Source: the human T2T-CHM13v2.0 reference genome, Homo sapiens. Taken from it: DNA of 64,000 bases. The stretch lies in assembly GCF_009914755.1 (NCBI RefSeq), contig NC_060931.1, one strand, 5' to 3'. Shown piece after piece: positions 1 through 12,375 of the stretch. Numbering within the stretch: the first letter of the stretch is position 1; each line of letters starts with the position of its first letter. A program made the translations under genes and the position numbers. Under the pieces are notes generated by a model. That model did not search any database. It was not told the DNA's origin and worked only from the letters and a program-made list of their open reading frames with translations.

Positions 1-776
1 TTGAAAATCATGGATCTAAGCAACCTAACCTTCATTCCCTTGGTTTCTCAGAGGATTCCAAGCGTCCTGGGGACCAGGGTCCATGGGGTGACTGAAAAGG
101 TTCTAGATGGCATTGGTTCATCTGATGAGGATGCTACCTCCTGGCTCCTCTATGAGACATCAGGGGAAAGGAGTGCACTTGACCTTCTAGGGCCTGCTTC
201 TGGGGTGGGTGTTCTCCCAGGGAACTCAGCCCTGCCACTGGAATGTCTCTGGAGCCTGTGCGTTCAGGGACAAAGGGCCTTAGTGGGGCAATGGGCATGG
301 CTTACCCAGCTTAGGGGGGCTGAGCTTTCCAAGGCCTCTCTGTTGCTTGCTCTATTCTGATGCTGATGCTTCCAGGCCTTCCAGGGAGCACTCTCTGAGG
401 CACCTGGGGCTTCTCAGAGTCTCTCTGGCCATCTGACCCCAGTGCAGATGTAGCAGACCGGAGGGCATTCTGAATGAAGCTTTCCCATAGACAGAAACGC
501 TATTTCACAGTCTGGCATTCAAGGCTCACACCATTCCCCAAACAGGGATTAAATGGGCCAATGCACAAAAGGCAGTTACTTCCCAGCCTTTCCATACCCT
601 GGTGCCTGTGGAAAATGAAAACATTTATATGTCTCCTGAGGAAAGTGGAAAAGGCTGCTTATGGCTGCCCAGGAGGCTGAGGGACCAGCAACTCAGCACA
701 CTTCTAACCTGTTCTGGACATACGAGCATGCTATCTTGGGATGCTTGCCCGCAAAGTATTAGCAAAGGGCTGACGA

Positions 777-956
777 CAGGGGTGCCTAACCATGGCTGCA
801 CATTAGCATCCCCTGGGGAGTTGTAAAACATTCTCTTGCCCAGGCCTCACCATGGACCAATTGTCTAATTATCTTGGGTGGTGAGGCCTGGGTGTAGGTA
901 TTTTTTAAAAGCTCCCCGGGGGGATTCTGTAGCGCCCGGAGGGTTGACAAGCACTG
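777..956. mobile_element. MER5-family hAT-Charlie DNA transposon relic
   Basis: ggctgcacattagcatcccctggggag ... ttttaaaagctcccc ... gttgacaagcactg, with internal inverted repeat cccaggcctcac/gtgaggcctggg. Confidence 0.7.
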
Positions 957-3159
957 GTGCAAGACATGGTGAGCATTCGGTCGATGTCAGCTGTCTACAA
1001 TAAAGCACCTGGGTCCTTGTGTGTGCTGTTCTTGCCTGAGCAGCGTAAAAGCTGGAGTGGGGTGGGGTAGAGTGGGGTGGGCTGGGGTGGGGGCCCTGTA
1101 GTCAGGGAGGAAACTGTTGCTTAGGAAAGATGAATGCTGGGTAGGGTGGCCTGGCATCCATCTCCCTCAGCCACGTCTCAGAAAATTGAATTAAAACCCA
1201 TATTTTTCAGCTGCTGCCCGCCTGGCTGGCTGGCTTGTGGAAGGGAGTGAGGCAGTGAGCACCTCAAGGCAGGGAAAAGCTGGTGAGGGGGGCCCCCAGC
1301 CTCCTTCCCTAGGAGACAGAAGGCAGCCCAAGGGGTCCTCTGAGAGAAGACCCTTCCCAGGGGTGGTCCCTTGGCCTCAGGTCTTCCCAAAGCCAGGCAC
1401 GTAGGGGTAGGGTGGGAGTGGTAGGCTGGCTGGCTTACAAGGTCAGAGCTAGATCTGGAGGTGAAGTTGATTTTTTGGGTGAATGGGTGGGGAGGCAGAG
1501 AAGAGGGGCCTGTCCCTGGGGAGGCCTAATCTCAGGGAACAGAATTGGCATAGCTCCTCTTCCAAGATTATTTGGAGAGACCACAGTGGCATGCCTGTGA
1601 CAGGCGGAGAACAGTGCAGGACGTGAAAGCCTGAGTGGCTTCCAGAATTAAGGGGGTGGGAAGAGCTCACAAGGTAGAACAACACTAAGTTGGGCAGCAG
1701 GATAAGATTTCTGATAAGAAAGTTGCCTGTGTGTCCTTGGGCTAGTCTTGTTGCCCCTCTGGGCTAAGGTACCCCACCCATAGAGAAGGAGACTAGACAA
1801 CCCTCCTGGATCCCAGCTCTAATGTGTGTTCCATGCCTCACCCAGGCTGATGCTACTCGGGGGGCTGGAATTAGAATCGAAATCTACGAGGGCTGCTAGC
1901 CTACACGGCATCTTTAAGACAGTTAGAGAGGTGCCGCCTCCAGGTGAATCCACTAGAAAAAACTGCCCTTTTTGGGTAGATGGGGGCATGCCTGGTTTGG
2001 TGGGCAGTGGGTAGAGCAGGATCTGGATTTCCAGCCCCACTGGCCCCTTCCAGGGGATCTGGAACCCGCAGTGGAAACTGGAGAACCAAGAGTACGGAAA
2101 GAGAATAAATCTGGAACTGAGTGCTGAACTTCAAAGTAGGGGGGCCTCTATCTGGAAGCCTGGCCATCCACATTCCCAGGATGGGCTGGTCTGCCATAGA
2201 TGACCTTGATCTTCACCCTTCCTCTCACTCCCAGGCCCTCTACGTCCTGCACTCTGAGTCCCTCTTGACTCTGAGACTCCTGGCAGCCTCCTTTCCCTCA
2301 CACTTAGTTTCACAGTTTATAGAGAGTTTTTATACACATCATCTCATTTGATCTTCACAACACCAGAGTTGGAGGCAGATGAAGAAAGCGGCTCTCAGCT
2401 CTCAGGGGTTAGGGCAACAAGCTAAGAAGGGGTTAGCCAGGATTAAAGGGAGGTCCTGTCTGTGTCTGATTTTAGCACAGCACCTGGCCCTTTTCTCTCC
2501 ATTATTTCTTCTCTCCTTTCTCTTCATTCTTTCTTGATATAGATAAGACTGATATTCTCCTCCACCAGGAAGCTCTCCTGGACTGAAAGGAACATGAACC
2601 AATCAGACTACCAGTGTGTTGTGTCAATGGGGGTCAGCGGTCATTGGTCAGTAAAGAGAAACATGGACCTAGGAACCTCCACGCGTCTTTCTGGGCCCTC
2701 AGATTGCTTCTTTCAAGTTTCCATATGGATTCCTCTCCATCCACAGGTCCTTTCCTCTTTGGTAGACTGGCGACCCCAAAGGAAGGCTCAAGGCTCTCCC
2801 TCCTCCTTCCCCCTTCTTGAGGCCTCCTGGACAAGGTGGCCATACCTAGAACTTGGACCCAAAGGGAAGCTGAGCGAGAATTTACTTGAATGGGCAAGAA
2901 CAGAGCCTGGCTGCAGAACTGAGAGCTCTCAGAGACTGACGCCTGAGGCAGGGACCAAAAACCGAGAGCAGAGGCAGGCAGGAGCAGCTGTGGGATGGGG
3001 GCTGGGTGGGGTGGGCAGAGGGTGAGAACTTGCCTGGGAGTGGGTAACTAACTACTCTCAGTTAAGTTTGGGCTTCGCTGCCAACCCGCTAGGCCACCTT
3101 TACCTGTGTAGTTCTCCTTATTAAGCCATTTGCACTAGGAGGAGGTTGGACAGGACTGT

Positions 3160-3400
3160 AATAACAGTAGCAATAGTAATTTATTCAGCATCGGCGAATC
3201 AATGATACCAGGGAGAAACTACTATGGGGTGAGTGTACCATTTTTATTTAATGCTGCTGTGAAGAGCCCTGGGGGCCGGTACTATTGTTCCCTTGTGCAG
3301 ATGAAGAAGCTGAAGCTCAGAGAGGCTGAGCCACTTACCCAAGCTCACAGAGCTGTGGCACAGCAGGGACTGGAGCCAGGCAGTCTGATATTTTAAGTTG
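3160..3400 (-). mobile_element. MIR SINE
   Basis: cagatgaagaagctgaagctcagagaggctgagccacttacccaagctcacag resembles the MIR core. Confidence 0.7.
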
Positions 3401-3739
3401 CCTCTGTCCTGTAAGCACCACCATCCCCTTCCTGGTCTTTCTCCGGGGGCGGGGGGGTCACATTGGAGGACATCCCGACAGGCACCCCAAAACTAGCTGA
3501 CCCTCCCAGGCCTGGGCGGTAGGGGCAAAGAAGAGCCCAAGGAGGGTCTGAGACTTGCCTGGTAAGGAAGGCTTCTTGGAGGAGAGGGAAGACAGGCTCT
3601 GATACACAGGAAATCTTGAGGACCTAGGGAGAAGAAAGAAGGCTTTCTAGTCCTGGCTATGATGGAGAGACTGGAAAGAGGGTGGTGAGCCCAGGAGGCC
3701 CAGAGTCAGAGGAGACGGGGATGACAGGGGGCTGAGGGC

Positions 3740-5130
3740 TCCACCTCAGCGCCCCCGACCCCCGCCGCTGGGATTTCCCGCCGCAGCTCCTGCTCCAGTC
3801 TGTGCTGCGGGTGGGGTCGGGTTGAGCAGCCCGGCGCCCCCCACCGCGCCCCCCACCGCACCGCCCTCGATCTAACCCCGCCCCCGGGCGCTCATTGGCC
3901 TGCAGCACCCCCTCCCCAGCCTGTGAAGTGAGCAGGGGGAGGCGGTGGTCGGTCGCCTCCCTCCAGCGCCCAGCCTGGCTTCGCGGCGGAGGCGGCGCCT
4001 CTCCCGCAGGACGGAGCCAAGCTGGACTGCCGCGCCGCGCGGGGCGGGCAAAGGGGGCGCTGCGCTCGGCCCCGGGCAGGGAGTGACGGCGGCGGCGGCG
4101 GCTCCGGGCGAGCGTGGTCCCCGCGTGCGCACACGCACACGCCGCCGCGCAGGGACACACGGACCCCGGCCGCCAGCCGGCCACACAGGCGCGGAGACCC
4201 GGCTCGGCGCGCGCTCCTCGGCGCACACGCTCCCCATCCCCGCGCCGCGCGGGCCGCGGACTTGCAGGCTGCGCGTCCTTTGCGGAGTCTGCCCCGGCCC
4301 CACGGACAGGCCCCGCAGTGAGCAGGTAAGGGTCGCCCCGCCGCGGCTGCCCCTCCACGCCTCGGCCGTCTTCTCCCCGCTCCAGAACCTTCGCCCAGCC
4401 GGGACCTCGGATCCCCTCCTCTGGCTTGGCGGTCTCCGCCAGCCGCGACCTCCACCGACGGAGAGCGGGCGAGGGCCGGCGCCAGGCAAGCCTCCCAGAT
4501 CTGAAATGAAGCCCCCTCCCGCCGCTGCGCCCTTCCTGCGCGTCAGGCTGACACCCCCCAACCCAAGTGTCTGGCGCTGCGCTCGGGGCGGCCGATCGCC
4601 GCAGACTGCCGGGGTGGGGGTCGACCTAGCTATCTCACGCCCCTCCTGATGCGGAGAAGGGAGACCAGGGGGGCAGGCAAGCCATGCGGCCGGAGGGACC
4701 CGGAGGGACATGCCTCCCTACCCTTAGGTGGACGGACGCACCTACGCGGATCGGGAAGGCAGGGCTGGAGGGTCCCCCGGGGCTAGGTACCGCAATCCGC
4801 ACGGGGTTTGAGGGGTGGGCAAGCAATGTGCTAGGTGGGGGTTGGGGTAGGGGCCAGTGTAGAATGCCCCTCTGTGGTGACACATCCGGGATTGTTCAAA
4901 AGAGTGTCGTCTTCGTTTCCCGTGGCGCGGAGGGGCTGGGGTTGTGGATGCCAGGGCTTCAGTGGTCCCCAGAAGAAACGCCCTGCGGGGTCTGTGGGGA
5001 AACGCACCGGCCTTCCCAGGTTGAAGTGGGCCCGCCGAGACCCCTGCCTGCCGCTTTAGAGGCAGAAGCTCCTGCGGCGGCTGCGGGGGGCGGAGGCCAC
5101 ATCCTCGGCGGGACCTTGGCAGGTTAGGGG
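3740..5130. promoter_or_regulatory. ADCYAP1R1: CpG island / TATA-less promoter of ADCYAP1R1
   Basis: Very high GC and CpG density; GC box CCCCGCCCCC 3876-3885, inverted CCAAT (ATTGG) 3894-3898, (CGG)5 4087-4101, NRF1-like CGCGTGCGCA ~4122-4131; contains the exon 1 donor. Confidence 0.9.
3960..4325 (+). other. ADCYAP1R1: Exon 1 (non-coding 5'UTR); start approximate
   Basis: Strong donor CAG|GTAAGG at 4325/4326 inside the CpG island; no ATG in 3960-4325. Confidence 0.8.
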
Positions 5131-6976
5131 GCTCAGAAGGGACAGGGGAGCCGATGGATGCAACTAGACCCTCAGGAGGGAACCCAGCCGGAAGCCGATT
5201 GCATTTCACGTGGAGCTGAGGAGGGGAGCCTCACCCCTGGATGGAGCTCAGCCCCTTTTTGGAAGATGGGGGTGGGGTGGTGGACACCTGCTAATTCTTC
5301 CGACCATTTTTATGTTTTTGAGTGCAGGTGCGTCAGACTCCCTTTATCTTCCCCAGCCTTACAATGTCCCGCAAAGCCCCCCTGGCCCTCTCCAAGACAC
5401 AGCATTTGGCTCTTCCCATGAGCGGCCCTGGGGAGGAGTTGGGGGATGGGAAGGGGCTGGACGCAGCATGTGGAGGGCAACTTGCCCTGGGACTGCAGCT
5501 GGCCAGAGGCAGACAAGCATCCTGAAGGTCAAGCTAGAAGCTTTGAGTGGCGGTAGGATTCCCAAGCAGATGGAAAACTATGTTTGAGCCTTTGGGGGCA
5601 GGGGCAGCAGGCAGCACCCAGGTTTTCTCAGGAGACCCCAATTAAATGAGTTTGGTGCTGGGTACAAGTAGCACTGGTGGAGTCCCCAGTCCTAAGCTAA
5701 GTTCTGCTCCTCACTGACCTTGGGGAGGGCAGGCAGAGGCACCAGCTTGGACACAAGCCGAAATCTGAACATACAGATTGGAGGTGGAACACGCTGAGCA
5801 GGCCCTGGGCCAGCTCTTCCAACCGATCCATCAACAAGTGTGTGTGGGGTGACGATGGAGGCGGGCCTGATACTTTTCCTCTTTGGCCATGGGTGGTTCA
5901 TGGGTGGTTGGGTGTCTGGGACAAGACCCCCAAAAGTCTGTTTGTCCCCATGTGTGGTGAGGGGAGGTGTCTGTGGGGAGCCTCTGAAAGGATCCCTCTC
6001 CTGCACTCTCGGGACTGATCTAAGCTAAGGGGTGCATTAAGTCCTGTTTTGTATAAGGTTCAGGCTGGCAGGGGATTGATTGGAGAAACACTTTGGGACC
6101 CATGGCTTTTCACATGGCCACCTCTCTCTGTTGTGCGTCAACTTTGGGACACTCCCTCAATTTGTGTCGAATAAATAAATACACACATGGGAGTTTATAG
6201 TATATGTGGCTGAGAGGCTAGGAAAGCTAAGGCCACAGGGTGGCTTTTCTCTTGGGGACAGGGCTTAAGCTGGAGTGTCCCAGGTTGCCGCCCTCCCAGG
6301 GACAAGCATTTCATTGACCTGGGGCTGGCACTGATTAAGTGGAGGACATCTTGTGCTGTCTGCCACAGGGCAGAACCAAGGTGTGCCAAGTGCAGAGCCG
6401 GAGCTTAGCTCGGTGCCAGGAAGGCCTTGCTTGCCTGAGACCCACCCACCATGGGGCTGACACTGGAGGTGACAATGAGTTTCCTGTCCTGGGCAGGTTT
6501 GTGAGCAGAGGGATGATGCCCCAGACAGGAGCTGCCAAGTGGCTTTCCACCCTGGAAGGCCTAGAGGCCTCAGAGACCCTCAGCCTTCCCTGAGGAGAGG
6601 AATCTGATTCCAGGGTCTGAATGAGTTGGGCTTAGTGGTCCAGCCGCCTGGCAAGATGGAGACTGGAAACTCCTCAGCTGCGACGTGTTTGTACCGAGCT
6701 CTGGATGCCGTCAGAGGCAAATGGTGACAGCCACCCCCACAGTGACACACAGAGAGGGAATGACACACAGCTGGGACGGCATATAGGCTTTCTATGACAC
6801 CTGCCAGAGAGCTGGGGCACAATAGTGACAAGCAACACCAGAAAGACAAATGGACGTTGAGACACACCCTCTCACACAGATCTGGGCACACCCGGGGACT
6901 CAGAGATATTTGCCCAAAGATCACAAAGGTCTTCATTAATAAAAGTCCAGCTGAGTATTGAATTGAATGGAGGAAA

Positions 6977-7013
6977 GTGTGTGTGTGTGTGTGTGTGTGT
7001 GTGCACGCGCGTG
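6977..7013. repeat. (TG)n microsatellite with GCACGCGCGTGT tail
   Basis: Direct reading. Confidence 0.95.
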
Positions 7014-7030
7014 TTGCATAAGCCTAGAAC

Positions 7031-7349
7031 AAGGGTAGGCAACCTTTTTCTGTAAAGTGCCAGATAGCAATTATTTTACGCTTGTGTCCATATACAACTA
7101 CTTAATTCCACTGTGTAGCCTACTGCAGCCTTAGATGATATGTAAACAAGTGAGCATGGCTCTGTTCTGATACATTTTATTTATGGACACTGAAATTTGA
7201 ATTTCATACATTTTGCCTGTGTCGTGAAATATGATTCTTTTAATTCTTTCCAACCATTTAGAAATGTAAAAAGCATTCCTGGCTCACTGGCCGTACAAAA
7301 ATAGGCTACAGGCTGGATCTGACTGGCTGGAAGGGGTTGCCAGCTCCTG
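7031..7349. mobile_element. MER58B-like hAT-Charlie DNA transposon
   Basis: ggcaacctttttctgtaaagtgccagatag ... ggacactgaaatttgaatttcat ... ggccgtacaaaaatagg ... ttgccagctcctg. Confidence 0.75.
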
Positions 7350-10300
7350 CGATGTAAGGTTAGGAAAGATAAATAAATGGTCAGAGAGGTTGACAAAGGG
7401 AGGGGCTTAGCTCTGATAGCTGCAGATGCCTGATGGTACCTAGGATGCTTCGCTCCATTCTACGTGGAGCTCAGAGTGCCCATCTGTTTAATGGGTCAGG
7501 CCTAGGAGAGGGTCCCTGCCTGGCCTCAGCACCCTCCCCCAGATTGGCCTCTGCTTTGTCCCTGTGATCGATTCCCCCACTCTAAAGACACCTGGAGACA
7601 ACATTCAGGACTGAAAAACTGACTGCTGTCACTTGAGCTTGCCAAACAGTTCCTGAGCCCCCTTCACCATTCACCCTTTGTGTCCAAGTCTGTGCCCATC
7701 CTCATGGGTGGGGAAGCCACACGGAAACCTGGGCATGCCCCTTGTTTCTAGACAAGACTCGAAACTCACAATGAACATGATGAGACCTGAAACAGCTCAA
7801 AGGAGAGGGGCTCCTTATCTCAGGGCTAGGGCTTCTCAGTGGAGGGCAAGGTCATAAAGGGCGGGTGCTGCCTGAGTGGGCTTCCTGGAGGTGGTGGTGG
7901 GGGTTTGAGTTGGCCTTGGAGGATGGCTGGACACTCTCATCCCAGCTCTCCGCAGACTCCATGCATTGCCTTAGCTGCCCTCATCTTTCTCCCTCCTGAT
8001 CGATGGGCACTGCAGAGGGTTGGCTGAGACAAACATATATATATCCTTCCTAGGCACCTCTGAACTTCCCAGCTGCTGATCTAAGGCCTGTGGACTTGTG
8101 TAGTGAACCAGGTCCTGCCTTCTGTTTCTTCCTTTCTCTACTGCCTCCTCCTGAAATTTCCTTCCTGCCACCTGTGGTGGGGGTGGGCCAAGGAGACACA
8201 CCTCTCTCATTTTTCCGTGTCTCTGGATTCTGTCCCCCACTTTCCATCCCAACCGCCTTCCTGCTCAGCTTAGTCCCCCATCACCTCTACCCTAGATCCG
8301 GGAAAGGGCCTCAGGGTACATTTCTGCCTGCACTTTCCCCCTTCATCTCTGCTCCCCAGCCTTTGAAGGGATATTTTCTAAATGAGAAGCTGATCACTCC
8401 ACTCCATTGCTTAGAACTCTTCATTGCCCCACCCCTGTCTGGTGGAACAACCCTCCAGCTTCCACAGACTGGCACCAGCCCTCCACCTTCTCATCCACCT
8501 CATCACCTCCTGATATCTTGTTGTGTTCCTTGACACCCTGGAATCACCTTCCCAAATCCATCCAGGGGGCGCTCATCCAGGTTTTCTGGGCACTCGTGTG
8601 TCTTGCCTGTGCCAGGTGCTGTGGGCACACGCACGTCAGAGCTGGGCTCATGCTCACTTAGGAGAGGCTGAAGCTTAACCAGCGTCTGCACAAAGGGAAA
8701 GGCGCTCAGTGCAGAGCTACTCCTCTCCACACCACACCCCCTGCCGGGTAGGTGCTCAGTGAACATTTCCACAAGCTTGTGCCTCCCTCTGGCCAGGCTT
8801 CCTGTTCTCCTTCCTCCCCTCCCTCCTCTCATTCGCTCCGTCCTTTCCCTTCCTACCTCCCTCTTCTCCCCGCATTTATCTTCTGCCTTCTTCCTCCCCC
8901 TCCTCTTACCTGGCCCAGGGGGTGCACTCCCTGACTCCTCCAGGTCAGGAGAGGTCCCTGCACTATCCAGTATGGAAGAGACCTCCTCACAGGACCCTGG
9001 GAAGGACTCTGCAGCATGACCTTGGGGAAGTTTCCTGGTCTCCTAGGGCCTCAGAGCCTCACCAGTGAGATGGGATGATACTGCCAACGGGCACAGGTGC
9101 CCCAGCCTGGCCCTTCCTTGCTTTGGACCTGGTTCCCTACCCAAGCTTGTGCGAAATGCAGGGCATGAGTGGGATCATCACTGGGGCCCCTCTGGTGGCC
9201 TGACTCCTGTCACCTTGTCACGCCTGCCATTGCCGGGAGGCCCCTGGCCCAGGAGTTTGTCTGTGCCCTTTATCAGCTCTGGTCTTCTTGAGGAGGAAAG
9301 AGGTTCTAGAGGGTTTCCCCTCCTTCCCTGCAGCAGCTTCTGTCCCTCCCTTTGAGGGGTGAGTGGGAGGGGGGCAGTGTTTCATCTTTCAGCCTTCTGT
9401 CCCTTGTTCCTGGCCCTAGGAGGGAGAGGAGGAAGTAGGGGCGGTCCAGCTCCCCTGTCATGAGTAAATGGAGCACGGGGAGAGCAGGGGAGGCGAGTGA
9501 TGTACTTAGCCTGGCCATCTCCTTTCTGGTATCCAGGCTTGTCCTGCCCTCTGATGGGGAGGGATGCTGAGTGGCCAGAAGATTCCAGTAGGAGGTGGCA
9601 CAGATGGCCCCAGCCCCATGATGGGCAGATGAGAGTCCCAGGGCTGTGTGGCCCAAAGAAGAGGTGGGGTAGGCTGTCCACACACCCCTGTGTGGGCTTA
9701 TGTGAGGCAGAGGAAACTGTGCTGCTCTGGGCTGGTTGGGAAGGGCACAGGGACATCAGAGCTTCCCACTGTGGGCCTGGGCCAGACGCTGGAGTGGGGC
9801 AAGTGTCCATCTCAAGAGCAGAGTTGCCTTCAGCCAGGGGAAGCAGAAGGGCTCTGCCAGGCTTTGGACAGTACAGGGATGGCTGGAGCGTCTCTGAGTC
9901 CCCTCTGCACGGAGATGTGGAAAGTCTTCGAGCCCAGTGAGTCACCGCTCGCTCCCATGTGCTGCCTGATGATGCTATCCTGTGTGTGCAGGGGCCACCA
10001 CTTCCTGGTGCAGCGACTCAGAGGAGGACATGGCTGCTGTAGTCAGTTTCACTCCAGGTTCGGTGGCTGGGCTTATGAGGCCTGAGGAGGAAAGGGGAAT
10101 GGTGTGCTATTGGGATCCGCCTGAATTCCCTTACAGTCCAGGTATCTGTAACACATCCCATTCCTGCCAGGCAAGCCTCCAGGCTCTATATTGTGTGACC
10201 TTGGAAAGTGTGTCGCCTTCTCTGGCCTCAGTTTCCCTATCTGCACCTTGGGAGGTGGGCTTTAAAGTCTATTTCAGGTCTGAAATGTTGTGTCTGTAAC

Positions 10301-10469
10301 TAACTCTTCCTAAGGAGGAAACTAGATATAGATATGTGAATGGGTGTAGTGGCGGACCTGACCAGCCCCTGGAGGTGTGTGTGGGGGTCCCTACTAGGGT
10401 ACCAGTGGACTCTGAACTGATCTTCATTTGACCAGTAAGAGAGGGCAGTGGAAGCATAGGGATGGAGTG

Positions 10470-11000
10470 CACCAACTTTGGAGCCAGACTGCTTGGGTTT
10501 ACTTCCCAGCCCTACCAGGGACTTGCTGTGTGATTTTGGGGAAGTTGCTTACCCTCTCTGTGTGTCGGTCACCTCCGCCATAGAAGGAGCTAATGCTAGT
10601 AACTATTTCAGGCAGGTTAAATGAGTTAACACATGTTTATTGCTTGGAAGAGTGTCTGGCACATACTAAGTATTTAATAAATGTTAGCCATTAGTAAATA
10701 AAAGCACAGGAGGCCTGCTATTCCCATTTTGATTGTGACACGGTGCTGTGGGGGTGGAGGTGACAGCAACAGGGTACAAAAAGTCTGAACACAAAGTGGT
10801 GAGATAATAATAATAGTTAACACATGTATAGCCCTTACTGAGTGCCAGGCTATAGTATATACTCTATAGTTTCTTTGTATAAATTTGCTGATGCCTCACT
10901 GTAACATCTATGAGATAGACATTAATATTATTCCCATTTTTCAGATGATAAAAAGAAGGCACAGAGAAGTTAAGCAGTTTTCCCAAGCTCCTGGGGCAGA
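10470..11000. mobile_element. Two MIR elements in opposite orientation (~10470-10695 sense; ~10803-10990 antisense)
   Basis: ttggagccagactg...gctgtgtgattttggggaagtt...aataaatgttagc, then attattcccatttttcagatga...cacagagaagttaag. Confidence 0.7.
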
Positions 11001-12084
11001 AACCTCTGGCAAAATGGTCCCAAGTCTGTCATACTAAATGCCAGGAGGTGACTTTAATCATCCTCAAAAACTATCTGCCCCAACAGAGTCTGGACCCAAG
11101 AGAGAGAGCCAGGGAATATGGAGTGACCCATTTTCCCATCCTGAGCCACTTTTGTGGCTGGGCTGAAATCCATCCTCAGGGAGGGGAGAGATCAACCCTG
11201 GGCTGCAGTGGTGGGGCTTGGCCTGTCCCTTGAGGGTGTCACTAGCAGCTTGGGAGAGTCTGGAGGAGGAGGAGCCACTGGCAGGGCTGGGGTGGCCAGC
11301 AAGTGAGGGGAGGCATCTTAGAGGGACACTGCAGAGAAGCACTTGGTTTGGGGCAGGCAGCCTAAGTCTGTAAGCTCTGAGCGTTGTCCAGTTGGGGGCA
11401 GTGCAGGGTTGCGGTGGGGGCAGAAGTGCCTGGAGGGGCTGAAAGGATTACCGCCCAGAGAGGGGAGAGGCTGCGGGAGGTGATCCCTGAGGTCCCCAGC
11501 GGAGTCGAGGCCTGGGAGCTCCCAGGTTCTCTCTCTCCTCCTCTTTGCTGGCGGGGACGTCTGTGTCCAGTTGGGCAGGGGGTGGACTGTAATGGGTGTG
11601 GGGACCAAGAGAAGGTAACAGTGGGAATCAAGAACCCTGGGTCTAGTTCCAGAAGAGGCACCCTATTGAGAGTGCCCCAGCTCCCTTACCCTGGGTCACT
11701 GGGCTGGGGACACACCTGTCTCCTAGTAAGCAGCCTGGCGATGAAGCAGAGGGCTGGGGGTGGGTCGGGGCTGGGGCCTCTGCTGGAGCTTGTCTTCAGT
11801 CCACCGCAGCTACAGCTGAGAAGCTGCCCTTCCCACAGCAGGGGCGAGGCCCCTGCAAGTCTGGGCATCCCTGCATGTGTGCGTGCATGTACACACATGT
11901 GCATGTGTGCCTATACCTGCACCCATATCTGAATCCAAGTATATCTTATTGCCTCTCTATAGCTGAATGCCTTTGCTGAGTGAGTGTGTGTAAGCGTGAA
12001 TTGTTCTGTATATCTACAGTCTGATATGTGACATATCTGAATATCTGAATTGTCATGTGCTTACATCTGCACATATCTTTGTTC

Positions 12085-12375
12085 TGTGTGTGGTCCTCTA
12101 TGTGTCTGTGAAGGAGTGTGTGTGTCTGTGAAGGAGTGTGTGTGTGTGGTGTGTGTGTGTGTGTGTGGTTGCCTGTCGGTCCCTGAAGGAATCTCCACCT
12201 TGTGTATCCCCATCATGGGAGTTTGTATTGATACCTTCAAGTGGTGGCCCTGGGGATAAATGTCTCTCTTTGTCTCTGTAGGGTTGACATGTCTTTATGA
12301 TCATCTCTGTGGACCTATTTCTGTGTATTTGTGTGTGTTTGTGTGTGTGAGAGAGAGAGAGAAAGAGAGAGAAAC
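12085..12375. repeat. Degenerate TG/GA low-complexity region with an exact 20-bp tandem duplication at 12101-12140
   Basis: tgtgtctgtgaaggagtgtg x2, followed by (TG)n and (GA)n tracts. Confidence 0.85.

Noticed and set aside
3657-5209. Overlapping long ORFs (up to 279 aa) on both strands at the promoter
   Set aside because: Arg/Pro/Gly/Ala-rich products of a stop-poor CpG island; no recognisable domain.
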